The notes under the pieces are model-generated. The model had not been told where the DNA came from. It searched no databases and saw only the letters and a program-made list of their open reading frames with translations. This document shows positions 41,471-51,305 of a stretch of DNA of 64,000 nucleotides, piece after piece. The translations under genes and the position numbers were made by a program. The stretch covers positions 96,845 to 160,844 of the forward strand of contig JABIXC010000007.1 of NCBI GenBank assembly GCA_018666775.1, given 5' to 3'. Each line of letters opens with the position of its first letter. Position 1 is the stretch's first letter. Source of the DNA: Rhodospirillales bacterium. GTDB lineage: Bacteria > Pseudomonadota > Alphaproteobacteria > SMXQ01.

Positions 41471-43471
41471 TTAAAGACCGGCTCCGAAAACTGTTTCCAC
41501 AGCCATTGCCCGGGCTTCTGCGCTAAATCCGGCGATGATTAAGGATCGAACCACGGGTGCTATAATGCTGGGATGCAGCTTTCCCGGAGCCTCATCGCCA
41601 AGTGCGATCGCCGATAAAAGAACGGTTTCAGCCAAACGCCCGGCCTTTGCCCCATGTTCAAGCGCCTTGATCAACCCAGGCTGGGCCAGGGTCGCATTTT
41701 CCCGCCCGTCTGTGGCAACCTTCAACCAGACAACCCCTGGCACCTTGATGCCCAGGGCTTCGGCCAGTGCCAGAAAAAGCGAGGCCCGTTGCCTTTGAAC
41801 ATCATCGCCCGCAGATTTGTTTGATTTCCACCACCGTTCGAACTTCGCCACATCAAATGGCGCTGCCCCAACGGGTTCGATCACACTGGTCTCTGTAACA
41901 CTGGTCTCCCCATTGGGAACCACACCAGTGGACACCTCAGCGCCTGTCGGAATCAGTTGCGATTTCAGCGGCACCGACGCCAGAACCGAAAGCGGCCAAA
42001 GGGCAACGTCTGCCGGGACCGATGCATGCATGGAAGCCTTATCCGGATTTTCCTTAGGCGGCTGTCCTACGCGGGTGGCCAATTCAAGCCAGCCATCGGC
42101 CACATGAACGGCACCTGCCAGATAGAGCGCGCGGGCAGCTTCACGGGCAAACCAGGCCAGTTCATCAGATGGATCAACCTGTGCAAGGATGGGCATAAAC
42201 ACCCTGACCGCCGTGCCGGTTCGCCCTTGTGCTCTGGCCAATGAAAACACCTTGGCAAGAATTTCAGCCCTGGCCGCCGCAACGGTCTGGGTTTGGGCAG
42301 CATGATAGAGAAGTGCGCGTGCGCGCGGGCCTGAAAGCTTGTCTGCCTGGGTCAAGGCACCTGCAATATCGGCTGGCGGAAAATTAATAGAGCCATAAAG
42401 TTTTGCCAGAGAAGATGGCTTTAAGGTGCCATATGCCTCTGCCCGCTCTGCCGCGTCCAGGCGCGAATCAAGGGTGGCATTGGGGCTGAAGGCAACAGAA
42501 CGCAACATCGCGGCACTACCTTTTTCAACAACGGCATCGGGAATTTGGATTCTACCCGCCCGCATCATTGCCAGATGAAGTGGCTTGGGCTGATCGGGTG
42601 CCGCAAAGGCCGTGCCGCGATCACCCCCCAAAATTTGAACCAGACTAAAAAAGGCTTCGTCTTCCATCTCTTGTTCGCGCAACAGTTCCGCACCAATAGA
42701 AGCCTTGGCCCCCTCGCCTGCAATTAACTGGCAAAAAACCAGCGCCTTGCGCCATGAAACACTCTGAAACTGGCGAATTCTGGACTGGCTTTCAGCGCAA
42801 GCCCCGGCATTGTCATTCAACAAAAATGCCACATCCCTGCGCGCGATGGCGATGGCTTCTTCTGGCGTGCGCACGGGCACAACCCGCAACAGGGCAGCGG
42901 CGGATTCCAGATCACCAAGGGCCAAAATTCTGTCCACACGCCTGGCGACAAGACTGGGTTCCTTTTTTGCATCTACACCGGATTTTTTTACGGCGGGTTT
43001 ATGCGCTACAGGCGGGCGGGCCGCACTTAAAAGCAAGCGCCGCACCAAAGACCGTGCAGAGGCCAGTCCGGGAGGGGCCGGAAGGCGGGGCAAATATTTT
43101 GAAACCAGATCAGCGCTGGTGCCCTTCCACATATCAATGCCAAGCCCCCCTGCCTTAGCATCCAGCAACCCAACCGAATTGGGGTCAATGGCGCCAAGGG
43201 TATCGACCTTAATGCCCTTTGATGGGGCAGGTGATGGCGAAACTGGGGTTACAGATACCGGGATCGGGGATACCGTGGATGGAAGTTTCTTGGGCAGTTG
43301 TGCTGGCAAAGCCTTTGAAGCGCTCGCCGCACCTGAGGCGCCAAGCGGCTTTGGAGGTGCCAGATTTTCTGGCGGCAAAATCTTTGCCTGAGCCCCCGCG
43401 CCGGAACTGCCCATGGGGATCATCAAGGCCGTCAAACAGGACGCCGCCAACAGGGTTCGAAATCCTGTCAT
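41471..43471 (-). CDS. Large exported hypothetical protein (Pro-rich N-terminus, helical body)
   Basis: Signal peptide from MTGFRTLLAAS at 43471, GLGIDMWKGT motif and Ala-rich helical repeats. Confidence 0.75.
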   Translation of the reverse strand: MTGFRTLLAASCLTALMIPMGSSGAGAQAKILPPENLAPPKPLGASGAASASKALPAQLPKKLPSTVSPIPVSVTPVSPSPAPSKGIKVDTLGAIDPNSVGLLDAKAGGLGIDMWKGTSADLVSKYLPRLPAPPGLASARSLVRRLLLSAARPPVAHKPAVKKSGVDAKKEPSLVARRVDRILALGDLESAAALLRVVPVRTPEEAIAIARRDVAFLLNDNAGACAESQSRIRQFQSVSWRKALVFCQLIAGEGAKASIGAELLREQEMEDEAFFSLVQILGGDRGTAFAAPDQPKPLHLAMMRAGRIQIPDAVVEKGSAAMLRSVAFSPNATLDSRLDAAERAEAYGTLKPSSLAKLYGSINFPPADIAGALTQADKLSGPRARALLYHAAQTQTVAAARAEILAKVFSLARAQGRTGTAVRVFMPILAQVDPSDELAWFAREAARALYLAGAVHVADGWLELATRVGQPPKENPDKASMHASVPADVALWPLSVLASVPLKSQLIPTGAEVSTGVVPNGETSVTETSVIEPVGAAPFDVAKFERWWKSNKSAGDDVQRQRASLFLALAEALGIKVPGVVWLKVATDGRENATLAQPGLIKALEHGAKAGRLAETVLLSAIALGDEAPGKLHPSIIAPVVRSLIIAGFSAEARAMAVETVFGAGL

Positions 43472-43475
43472 GGGC

Positions 43476-43616
43476 TTAACGCAAGACACGGTCATTAGGC
43501 AGCACCTTTTCCACCTTAGCCAAAGGCGGTGGCATTTCCCAACTGGCGAGAAAGACCCCCACGGCACCAAAGGCAAGAACAAGGATAATAATAAGAATTT
43601 TTGAAATTTTCGTCAT
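43476..43616 (-). CDS. Small membrane protein, 46 aa (absent from ORF track)
   Basis: Hand translation MTKISKILIIILVLAFGAVGVFLASWEMPPPLAKVEKVLPNDRVLR. One TM helix; the stop lies 4 nt before the next ATG. Confidence 0.75.
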   Translation of the reverse strand: MTKISKILIIILVLAFGAVGVFLASWEMPPPLAKVEKVLPNDRVLR

Positions 43617-43862
43617 GACCCATTCAGAGCGGAGATAAAGTTTTCATACCAAGGTTCACAGCACACTATCGAGGCTGGAAACCCAAACCATTAATCTGAT
43701 CACATTCCTATGCTATTCTATTTACACTAAAATTTGACTGTGGCATTTTTGCGGCAATTTTCGGCAAATTAGCGGGTGTCGGCCTGTCATGCAATACTGT
43801 CAAACAAACTGGATGATCCAAACCCCAGCCTTAATCGGGCTAATCATTATAGGAATACAAAA

Positions 43863-44480
43863 ATGAGGTCCCCAACAACCGCCGAAACCACGTTACCCCC
43901 CGGGGCGCACCTGGAAAAGTCGGTCGTGATGGTTGGGCTAATGGGCACAGGAAAAACCAGCATTGGACGGATGCTGGCAAAACGCCTGAAAATGGACTTT
44001 GTTGATGCCGATGCAGAAATCGTTGCCGCCGCAGGCTGTAGCATTGAAGAAATCTTTGAAACCCATGGCGAACCATCCTTCCGTTCCGGAGAACGCAGTG
44101 TCATCGCCCGTCTGCTGGATGGCCCAGTCCGGATCATCGCAACCGGGGGGGGCGCCTTCATGGACCCGGAAACCCGCGAACACATTGCCAAAAATGCCAT
44201 TTCGGTCTGGCTTCATGCCGATCTTGATACCCTCGTCAAACGCGTGTCACGGCGCGGGGGACGCCCTCTGATCAAAAATGCCGATCCCCGCCAAGTTATT
44301 GATGAATTAATGAAAATCCGTGACCCTATTTATGCGAAAGCCGATATAAGGGTGGAAACTTCTGACGATCCATCCAACAAAGTGACCGAACAGGTCATTG
44401 CGGCCCTTGAAGATTACACAGGCCTGAAGCCTCTGGCGGCCCCGAAAAAAACAACCACCCGGAAAATGGACACGAAATGA
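43863..44480 (+). CDS. aroK: Shikimate kinase
   Basis: GLMGTGKT, FVDAD, ATGGG and RPL. Confidence 0.95.
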   Translation: MRSPTTAETTLPPGAHLEKSVVMVGLMGTGKTSIGRMLAKRLKMDFVDADAEIVAAAGCSIEEIFETHGEPSFRSGERSVIARLLDGPVRIIATGGGAFMDPETREHIAKNAISVWLHADLDTLVKRVSRRGGRPLIKNADPRQVIDELMKIRDPIYAKADIRVETSDDPSNKVTEQVIAALEDYTGLKPLAAPKKTTTRKMDTK

Positions 44481-45628
44481 CGGGAAATTCCCCAACAAGC
44501 ACCACAGCAAACACCGCAGCAAGCACCATAGACGTTGAACTGGGTGAGCGATCCTATGAAATTCGGGTGGGATCTGGCTTGTTGGGTCAGGCTGGAAATC
44601 ATCTGGCCCCCTTGCTGGGTGAACATGGTCTGAAAGACGGCATTATCATCGTGACCGATACCACGGTCGCCAGCCATCACCTGTCTACCCTGGAAGCCAG
44701 TCTGAAGGCAGCGGGGCTTGGATACCGAACTGTCACGCTGGAACCCGGAGAACACACCAAAAGCTTTTCCAATCTGGAAAAATTAATTGATGAATTGCTG
44801 TCAGGGGGCCTGGAGCGGCGCACAACCTTGATTGCATTTGGCGGCGGTGTCATCGGCGACATTACCGGCTTTGCTGCGGCCATCGCCTTGCGCGGAATCG
44901 ATTTCATCCAGATTCCAACCACCCTTTTGGCACAGGTCGATTCATCCGTCGGCGGCAAAACCGGGATCAACACCACACAGGGCAAAAATCTGGTTGGGGC
45001 CTTTTATCAACCCCGCATGGTCTTGGCCGACATTGATGTTCTGGATACCTTGCCCCGCCGACAATTGCTGGCAGGCTACGCAGAAGTTGTTAAATACGGC
45101 CTGATTGGAGACGTCGGTTTTTTTGAATGGCTGGAAGAACACGGGGCCGCCCTGATCGATGGCGACAAAGCCGCCCGAATAGAGGCCATCGCGCAGAGCT
45201 GTCGGGCCAAAGCGCAAATCGTTTCCGGGGATGAACATGAATTGGGAAATCGGGCACTGCTTAATCTTGGCCACACATTCGCCCATGCCATGGAGGCAGA
45301 AAGTGGCTTTTCCGATGCCCTGCTTCATGGCGAAGCGGTCGGGATCGGCATGATTTTGGCCTTTGAATTGTCCGAAGCCTTAAACCTTTGCCCAGCCGGG
45401 GCTGCAACCCGTTTAAAAGCCCATTTTGATGCCGTAGGACTGCCCATAACACCCAAAGGCCGGGGCTTTGACACGGACACGCTATTGGCGCATATGCACC
45501 ATGATAAAAAGGTCGTCAAAGGCCAGATCACCTTTATTCTGGCCCATGACATTGGCAAGGCCGTGATCGCCCACGACGTTGATATGGCACAAGTCGCACG
45601 CGTATTGGAACACAGCCTTAAGGGCTGA
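44477..45628 (+). CDS. aroB: 3-dehydroquinate synthase
   Basis: GGGVIGD, PTTLLAQVDSSVGGKTG, LNLGHTFAHA and LHGEAV. Confidence 0.97.
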   Translation: MTGNSPTSTTANTAASTIDVELGERSYEIRVGSGLLGQAGNHLAPLLGEHGLKDGIIIVTDTTVASHHLSTLEASLKAAGLGYRTVTLEPGEHTKSFSNLEKLIDELLSGGLERRTTLIAFGGGVIGDITGFAAAIALRGIDFIQIPTTLLAQVDSSVGGKTGINTTQGKNLVGAFYQPRMVLADIDVLDTLPRRQLLAGYAEVVKYGLIGDVGFFEWLEEHGAALIDGDKAARIEAIAQSCRAKAQIVSGDEHELGNRALLNLGHTFAHAMEAESGFSDALLHGEAVGIGMILAFELSEALNLCPAGAATRLKAHFDAVGLPITPKGRGFDTDTLLAHMHHDKKVVKGQITFILAHDIGKAVIAHDVDMAQVARVLEHSLKG

Positions 45629-45677
45629 ATGCATTTTAGAAATTGATTGCCAGAGAAAGGTCAGAGACTAAAAACCG

Positions 45678-46994
45678 ATGGATCAGTTCCTGATAATGAC
45701 GTTGTGGGGCATTCTTGTCCTGTTGATTCTTTCGGCCTTTTTTTCTGGCTCTGAAACCGCACTCACTGCGGTTTCACGACCGCTTCTCCATCAGCTTGAA
45801 CGAAATGGTCATACCCGTGCGCGCATGGTCAATGAATTGAGTGCCGATAAAGGCCGTTTGATTGGGGCCATTTTGATTGGCAACAATCTGGTCAACATTC
45901 TGGCATCGGTTCTGGCAACCGGCATCCTGATCGAGCTGTTTGGCACGGCCGGAATTGCCTATGCAACCATTGCCATGACCGTCCTTGTGGTGGTCTTTGC
46001 AGAAGTCTTGCCCAAAACCTATGCCCTTACCCATGCCGATCGCATGGCCCTGGCGGTGGCCCCCATCCTGCGCATCTTTGTTGTTTTGTTTTCGCCCTTT
46101 TCGCGCGCCACCCAGGTCATTGTCGGATTGATCCTGCGCATCTTTGGAATCACCCTTTCCAACGGCCAACCACAGGCATTCGTAGAAGAAGAATTGCGGG
46201 GTGCCATTGAGCTGCACAAGGGCGATGATGTTCTTTTCCGCGATGAAAAAAGCATGCTCCACTCCATTTTGGATCTTGATGATGTGGAAGTGGGCGAAGT
46301 CATGATCCATCGCTCCGCTGTTGCCGCAATTGATGCCGATTTACCAACACCCGAAATTATGCACCAGGTGGTAGAAAGCCCCTTCACGCGCATTCCATTA
46401 TGGCGGGACAAACCAGAAAATATCATTGGCGTCCTGCATGCCAAGGCGTTGCTCCGGGAAATTGAAAAGCATCCCGGTAACCTTGAAACCCTGAAAGTGG
46501 CGGATTTGGCAACGGTTCCCTGGTTTATCCCGGAATCGACCGACCTTCTGTCCCAATTAAGGGCATTCAGAAAACGCCGGGAACATTTCGCCCTGGTGGT
46601 GGATGAATACGGTGACCTTATGGGCATTGTTACCCTTGAAGACATTTTAGAAGAAATTGTTGGCGACATTTCCGATGAACACGACGTGCGCCACAAAGGA
46701 ATCAGGCCCCAACCCGACGGTGATATCATCGTTGATGGCGATGTCACCATCCGTGACCTGAACCGTGAATTTGATTGGCAATTGCCCGATGAAGATGCGG
46801 CCACCATTGCCGGGCTTGTTTTGCACGAATCCCGGCTTATTCCCGATGCGGGCCAAATATTTATGTTTTTCGGTTACCGGTTTGAGATACTGGCGCGCAG
46901 CGGCAATCGTATATCGGCCCTGCGCATCACCCCCAATATGGATCAATCAGATCAATACAGCGACACTGGCGACAATCAAGCCAGTCAAATTTAA
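45678..46994 (+). CDS. HlyC/CorC (CNNM) family transporter: DUF21, CBS pair, CorC domain
   Basis: SAFFSGSETA, ILIGNNLVN, FAEVLPK and VVDEYG...LEDILEEIVGDI. Confidence 0.92.
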   Translation: MDQFLIMTLWGILVLLILSAFFSGSETALTAVSRPLLHQLERNGHTRARMVNELSADKGRLIGAILIGNNLVNILASVLATGILIELFGTAGIAYATIAMTVLVVVFAEVLPKTYALTHADRMALAVAPILRIFVVLFSPFSRATQVIVGLILRIFGITLSNGQPQAFVEEELRGAIELHKGDDVLFRDEKSMLHSILDLDDVEVGEVMIHRSAVAAIDADLPTPEIMHQVVESPFTRIPLWRDKPENIIGVLHAKALLREIEKHPGNLETLKVADLATVPWFIPESTDLLSQLRAFRKRREHFALVVDEYGDLMGIVTLEDILEEIVGDISDEHDVRHKGIRPQPDGDIIVDGDVTIRDLNREFDWQLPDEDAATIAGLVLHESRLIPDAGQIFMFFGYRFEILARSGNRISALRITPNMDQSDQYSDTGDNQASQI

Positions 46995-47008
46995 AAAGGA
47001 CCAACCCC

Positions 47009-47566
47009 ATGCCCCTTAGCGATCCCGTTGCCAGAAACCGTCGCCACAACCGCACCATTGATCTTTCCGGATATGAACGTGAAGACGGGTTATGGGACAT
47101 CGAAGGTCACCTTCGCGACATCAAGGGATACACGTTCAACAATTCCTGGCGCGGTGATATCAAGGCAGGAGAGCCCGTTCACGACATGTGGATTCGCATC
47201 ACCGTGGATATCACCCTGACCATCAAATCCGTCGAAGCCTCCATCGATAGTGGCCCCCACCCCATTTGTCCTGACATCGCCCCTGACTTCAAAATTCTGG
47301 AAGGCATTTGCATTGCCCCCGGGTGGAACCGCAAGGTTCGCGAATTACTGGGGGGCGTTAAAGGCTGTGTTCATCTGGTGGAAATGCTGGGACCGCTGGC
47401 GACCGTTGCCTTTCAAACCCTTGGCCCATCCCGTGCCCTTGCCGCCCAGGATCAGGCAAAAGGCACCGATCGCAAAAAACCGGCGCGCATCGATACATGC
47501 CACGTCTTTAAATCTGATGGGGATGCGGTTAAGGAACGCTGGCCTGAATTTTACAAAGGGTCGTGA
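47009..47566 (+). CDS. DUF2889 family protein
   Basis: YEREDGLWDIEGHLRDIK, HDMWIR, GGVKGCVHLVEML and IDTCH. Confidence 0.8.
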   Translation: MPLSDPVARNRRHNRTIDLSGYEREDGLWDIEGHLRDIKGYTFNNSWRGDIKAGEPVHDMWIRITVDITLTIKSVEASIDSGPHPICPDIAPDFKILEGICIAPGWNRKVRELLGGVKGCVHLVEMLGPLATVAFQTLGPSRALAAQDQAKGTDRKKPARIDTCHVFKSDGDAVKERWPEFYKGS

Positions 47567-47925
47567 TGGCCCGAATTGTTGACGCCCAATTCCGATTGGG
47601 CCGGGGCATCTGAGGCATCTGAGAAAACTTCTGCAATAACGGAACGCCACCGGTCTGCACCCCGGGGACGGGGATTGGCCAGATGACCGTGGCCAACAAG
47701 ATCATGGCCATCTTCGGTCGACGCCAGGCGATAATAAACGACCAAAAAGACCCTTAAGGCTGCCGTCAGGCTGCTGTTTTTTCGAACATGGTCGATCAGG
47801 GTGCACAGTTCATGAAGGGTCATGCCTTCACGGACACACAATTCTTTTGCCGCAGCCCACAGCTCTTCTTCAAGCCGGATGCTGGTCCGACGATCGCTGA
47901 CATTGACGTTCTTGCATATCAACAT
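47551..47925 (-). CDS. Ribbon-helix-helix (RHH_4-type) DNA-binding protein
   Basis: RRTSIRLE...W...SSLTAALRVF; GGAG RBS before the ATG at 47925. Confidence 0.8.
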   Translation of the reverse strand: MLICKNVNVSDRRTSIRLEEELWAAAKELCVREGMTLHELCTLIDHVRKNSSLTAALRVFLVVYYRLASTEDGHDLVGHGHLANPRPRGADRWRSVIAEVFSDASDAPAQSELGVNNSGHHDPL

Positions 47926-48075
47926 TGCAAGTCTCCAAACAGTCCTGTGTAAAAAAGCGCACTTCCAATACCCGCGCAACACCACCGTTGATTTTGATTT
48001 TAACCAACGGGCGCATGAATACAACTAGAAACATTCTAATACGCATTAGTAATATCACGAAGAGCCAAACGCAAA

Positions 48076-48375
48076 TTATGATTCTGTAGAATCCTGTTGG
48101 GGGGTAATGGCGCTCAGGGAAAGTGCGTGAACCGGCCCGGCCAGTTCATCGGCCAAAATTTCATAGACCAAACGCTGGCGATCAACCCGCGACAAACCTT
48201 CAAATGCAGCGGCGACCACCACCAACCGGAAATGGCTTTCGCCATCAACGCTGGCCCCTGCATGGCCCGCATGGAGATGGGAATCATCAGCTATGTCGAG
48301 ACGCCGAGGCTTCAGGGCCAGCTCAAGCTTGTTTCTAATCAACAAGGCGACTGTACCCTCTGTTCCAGATTCCAT
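48076..48375 (-). CDS. bolA: BolA family protein
   Basis: DDSHLHAGH, ESHF, FEGLSRVDRQRLVY and VHAL. Confidence 0.92.
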   Translation of the reverse strand: MESGTEGTVALLIRNKLELALKPRRLDIADDSHLHAGHAGASVDGESHFRLVVVAAAFEGLSRVDRQRLVYEILADELAGPVHALSLSAITPQQDSTES

Positions 48376-48494
48376 ATCTGATTCCTGACTGCCCCATCGG
48401 GGGCTGTGACTAATGTTCATTTATTACATGCATTTATTACATTCTCTGTGTTTTTTTCCCACCTACAAAGCCCCGTAACAGGTAAGTTGGCCTG

Positions 48495-49433
48495 ATGTCG
48501 TCTCCCCCTGAACCTTCCCGTCTTATTTCGCACCGAACCGCCGGGGTTTTAGCCCTTGGCGTAATTGTGATCTGGGGGCTGAACTGGCCGATTATGAAAA
48601 TCGTCCTGACCGATGTGCCACCCGTCACCTTTGGCCTTATTCGCCTGTTACTGGGTGCCTTGTGCCTCAGTATCATCTTGATTGCCATGAAACAGTTCAA
48701 AATTCCCGAACGACATGATTGGCCCGTGGTCATCAGCGTCGGTATTCTACAGCTGGCGGCGTTTTTGGCGCTGATTAACCTCGGCCTTGAACGGGTTGAG
48801 GCCGGACGCGCTGTCATCCTCAGCTACACCACCATGATCTGGGTCACCCCACTGGCGGTATGGTTTTTGGGCGAACGCCTGAGCAGGGGCAAACTTGGGG
48901 GGCTGATCTGCGGGCTGGCTGGCATCATGGTGTTGTTTAATCCATTTGGGTCCGTAGGTGAAGCTGGTGGATTTGATTGGACCGATGGCCGGGCCCTTAC
49001 GGGCAACGGGTTGCTTCTGGCCGCAGCCTTTGCATGGGCGCTGTCCATTGTTCACATTCGTGCCCACCCCTTTCGCGCCACCCCCTTGCAACTGGCACCT
49101 TGGCAGATGTTGATCGGCAGTGTGCCTTTGGCCCTGTGTGCCTATCTGTGGGAAAGCCCATCGGACATTCACCTGACCCCGACCCTGATTGCAGCCCTTG
49201 CGTATAACGGGCCCATTGCCACCGGGTTTGCCTTTTGGGCATGGGTATCGGTCAACCGGGCCTTACCTGCCATCACCACCGCCATCGGGTCTCTTGGGGT
49301 GCCGGTGGTGGGGATGATTGCATCGGCGATTTGGCTGAACGAACCGCTCAGCTTTGCCAACATTGCAGGATTTATCCTGATCGCCCTAGGGCTTGCCCTG
49401 ATCGCTGTGGAAACAACAAAGAAACCGGGATAA
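48495..49433 (+). CDS. DMT/EamA family transporter
   Basis: About 10 hydrophobic segments, IWGLNWP and LGERL. Confidence 0.88.
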   Translation: MSSPPEPSRLISHRTAGVLALGVIVIWGLNWPIMKIVLTDVPPVTFGLIRLLLGALCLSIILIAMKQFKIPERHDWPVVISVGILQLAAFLALINLGLERVEAGRAVILSYTTMIWVTPLAVWFLGERLSRGKLGGLICGLAGIMVLFNPFGSVGEAGGFDWTDGRALTGNGLLLAAAFAWALSIVHIRAHPFRATPLQLAPWQMLIGSVPLALCAYLWESPSDIHLTPTLIAALAYNGPIATGFAFWAWVSVNRALPAITTAIGSLGVPVVGMIASAIWLNEPLSFANIAGFILIALGLALIAVETTKKPG

Positions 49434-49484
49434 CGCGCCATTGGGCCCCTTGCACCAAGCGCCAGAAGACAGCATATTTGGCTG

Positions 49485-50135
49485 ATGTCTAGAGATTACT
49501 CAAAAACTGGCCCCCGCAGAAGCAAGCCACAGGTCACCACCATCCCTGAGCCAGACCCTGATGCGGAGGCTGAAAAATTGTGTGAGATCAATAAATGCAA
49601 AGGTCCCGGGCTCTACCGGGCACCGGTATCTCCCGATAAACTAGACAGTCATTACTGGTTTTGCCTCGACCATGTTCGAGAATACAACAAGGCCTGGAAT
49701 TTCTGCCTCGGCAAAAATGAAGATCAAATTGAACACTTGATCCGCGAAGACGTCGTCGGATGGCGCCCAACCTGGCCTTTGGGCAAATTGGGAAAGAATT
49801 TTTCTCAAGCCCAATTTGACCAGTTTGATCAAATGCGCGATCAGTTCGGATTGTTTAAAAAGGGCAAGCGAGCAAAGCAGAAGCGCAAGGAAAATCAGGA
49901 AAAAACGGCAGAAAATGGCGGAAATTTAGGAAAAAATGAACAGGATTCCCTTGCCGAAGCCCTGGATATTTTTGAACTTTCACCCCCCATCACCGCCGCT
50001 GGGGTTAAAACACAATATAAAAAATTAGCAAAACAACACCATCCTGATGCTAATGGGGGCGACAAGGCGGCAGAAGAACGGCTAAAATTGATAAATCGGG
50101 CCTATGCAACGTTGAAAAAGCAATTCGGTCCTTGA
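49485..50135 (+). CDS. J-domain protein with N-terminal Cys/His motif
   Basis: C-x4-C...YRAP...[16 protein letters not shown] and C-terminal HPD (HHPDANGG). Confidence 0.88.
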   Translation: MSRDYSKTGPRRSKPQVTTIPEPDPDAEAEKLCEINKCKGPGLYRAPVSPDKLDSHYWFCLDHVREYNKAWNFCLGKNEDQIEHLIREDVVGWRPTWPLGKLGKNFSQAQFDQFDQMRDQFGLFKKGKRAKQKRKENQEKTAENGGNLGKNEQDSLAEALDIFELSPPITAAGVKTQYKKLAKQHHPDANGGDKAAEERLKLINRAYATLKKQFGP

Positions 50136-50257
50136 ACATTCACGCCGTGGGATATCTCTTGGCTAGTTTGCGGGAGCGCCCGCTTGACCATCCAGGAAAT
50201 ACCCCACACCACTTGATTGCCCATCGTTTGGGTTTTTACAAAATGGAAAAAATTTTT

Positions 50258-51277
50258 ATGGCAACGAACCTCAGCACCGAATCAGATCAAACCGTTCACC
50301 CGCTTGACGCTCCCGATATCGAAATTTCTGTTCGCAAAGCCTTTGGCATTGATAGCGACATGAAGGTCCCGGGCTTCAGCGTCGCCAGCGAACATGTCCC
50401 GGAACGCGACGATAGCTACCACTTTGACGAATCAACGACCCTTGCCATTCTTGCGGGCTTTGCCCACAACCGGCGGGTTATGATTCAGGGCTATCACGGC
50501 ACCGGCAAGTCCACCCATATTGAACAAGTGGCATCGCGGCTGAACTGGCCCTGTGTCCGGGTCAACCTTGATAGCCACATCAGCCGGATTGATCTTTTGG
50601 GCAAAGACGCCATCGTCCTGCGTGAAGGCCAACAGGTCACGGAATATCGTGAAGGCATTCTGCCATGGGCCCTGCAAAGCCCGACGGCATTGGTGTTCGA
50701 TGAATATGATGCGGGCCGACCTGATGTCATGTTTGTGATCCAGCGCATTCTCGAAGTAAACGGCAAGCTGACCCTGGTTGATCAGAACAAGGTGATCAGC
50801 CCCCATCCCTCTTTCCGCCTGTTTGCCACCGCCAACACGGTGGGGCTTGGCGACACAACGGGCCTGTATCACGGCACCCAACAGCTTAATCAGGGCCAAC
50901 TTGATCGCTGGCACATCATTGCCACGCTCAATTACCTGCCCCATGAAGATGAAATGAAAATCGTCCTCGCCAAGGCCCCTTGGTACGACAATAAAAAGGG
51001 CAAGGAAACCGTGGCCAACATGATTTCACTGGCCGATCTTACTCGCGCAGGGTTCATTGCGGGGGATATCTCCACCGTGATGTCGCCTAGAACCGTCATT
51101 ACCTGGGCAGAAAACATCCAGATATTTGAAGACATCGCCCATGCATTCCGGGTGACGTTCCTCAACAGATGCGATGAAATGGAACGGGCAACGGTCGCCG
51201 AATATTACCAGCGCTGCTTCGGTGAGGAATTGCCGGAATCGGTCCATGCAGAACAGGACGACGAAGGCACATCCTGA
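50258..51277 (+). CDS. cobS: Cobaltochelatase CobS-like AAA+ ATPase
   Basis: [21 protein letters not shown] and [10 protein letters not shown]. Confidence 0.93.
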   Translation: MATNLSTESDQTVHPLDAPDIEISVRKAFGIDSDMKVPGFSVASEHVPERDDSYHFDESTTLAILAGFAHNRRVMIQGYHGTGKSTHIEQVASRLNWPCVRVNLDSHISRIDLLGKDAIVLREGQQVTEYREGILPWALQSPTALVFDEYDAGRPDVMFVIQRILEVNGKLTLVDQNKVISPHPSFRLFATANTVGLGDTTGLYHGTQQLNQGQLDRWHIIATLNYLPHEDEMKIVLAKAPWYDNKKGKETVANMISLADLTRAGFIAGDISTVMSPRTVITWAENIQIFEDIAHAFRVTFLNRCDEMERATVAEYYQRCFGEELPESVHAEQDDEGTS

Positions 51278-51305
51278 TCGCAGGGTCTGACCGAAGAAAA
51301 TCGCC

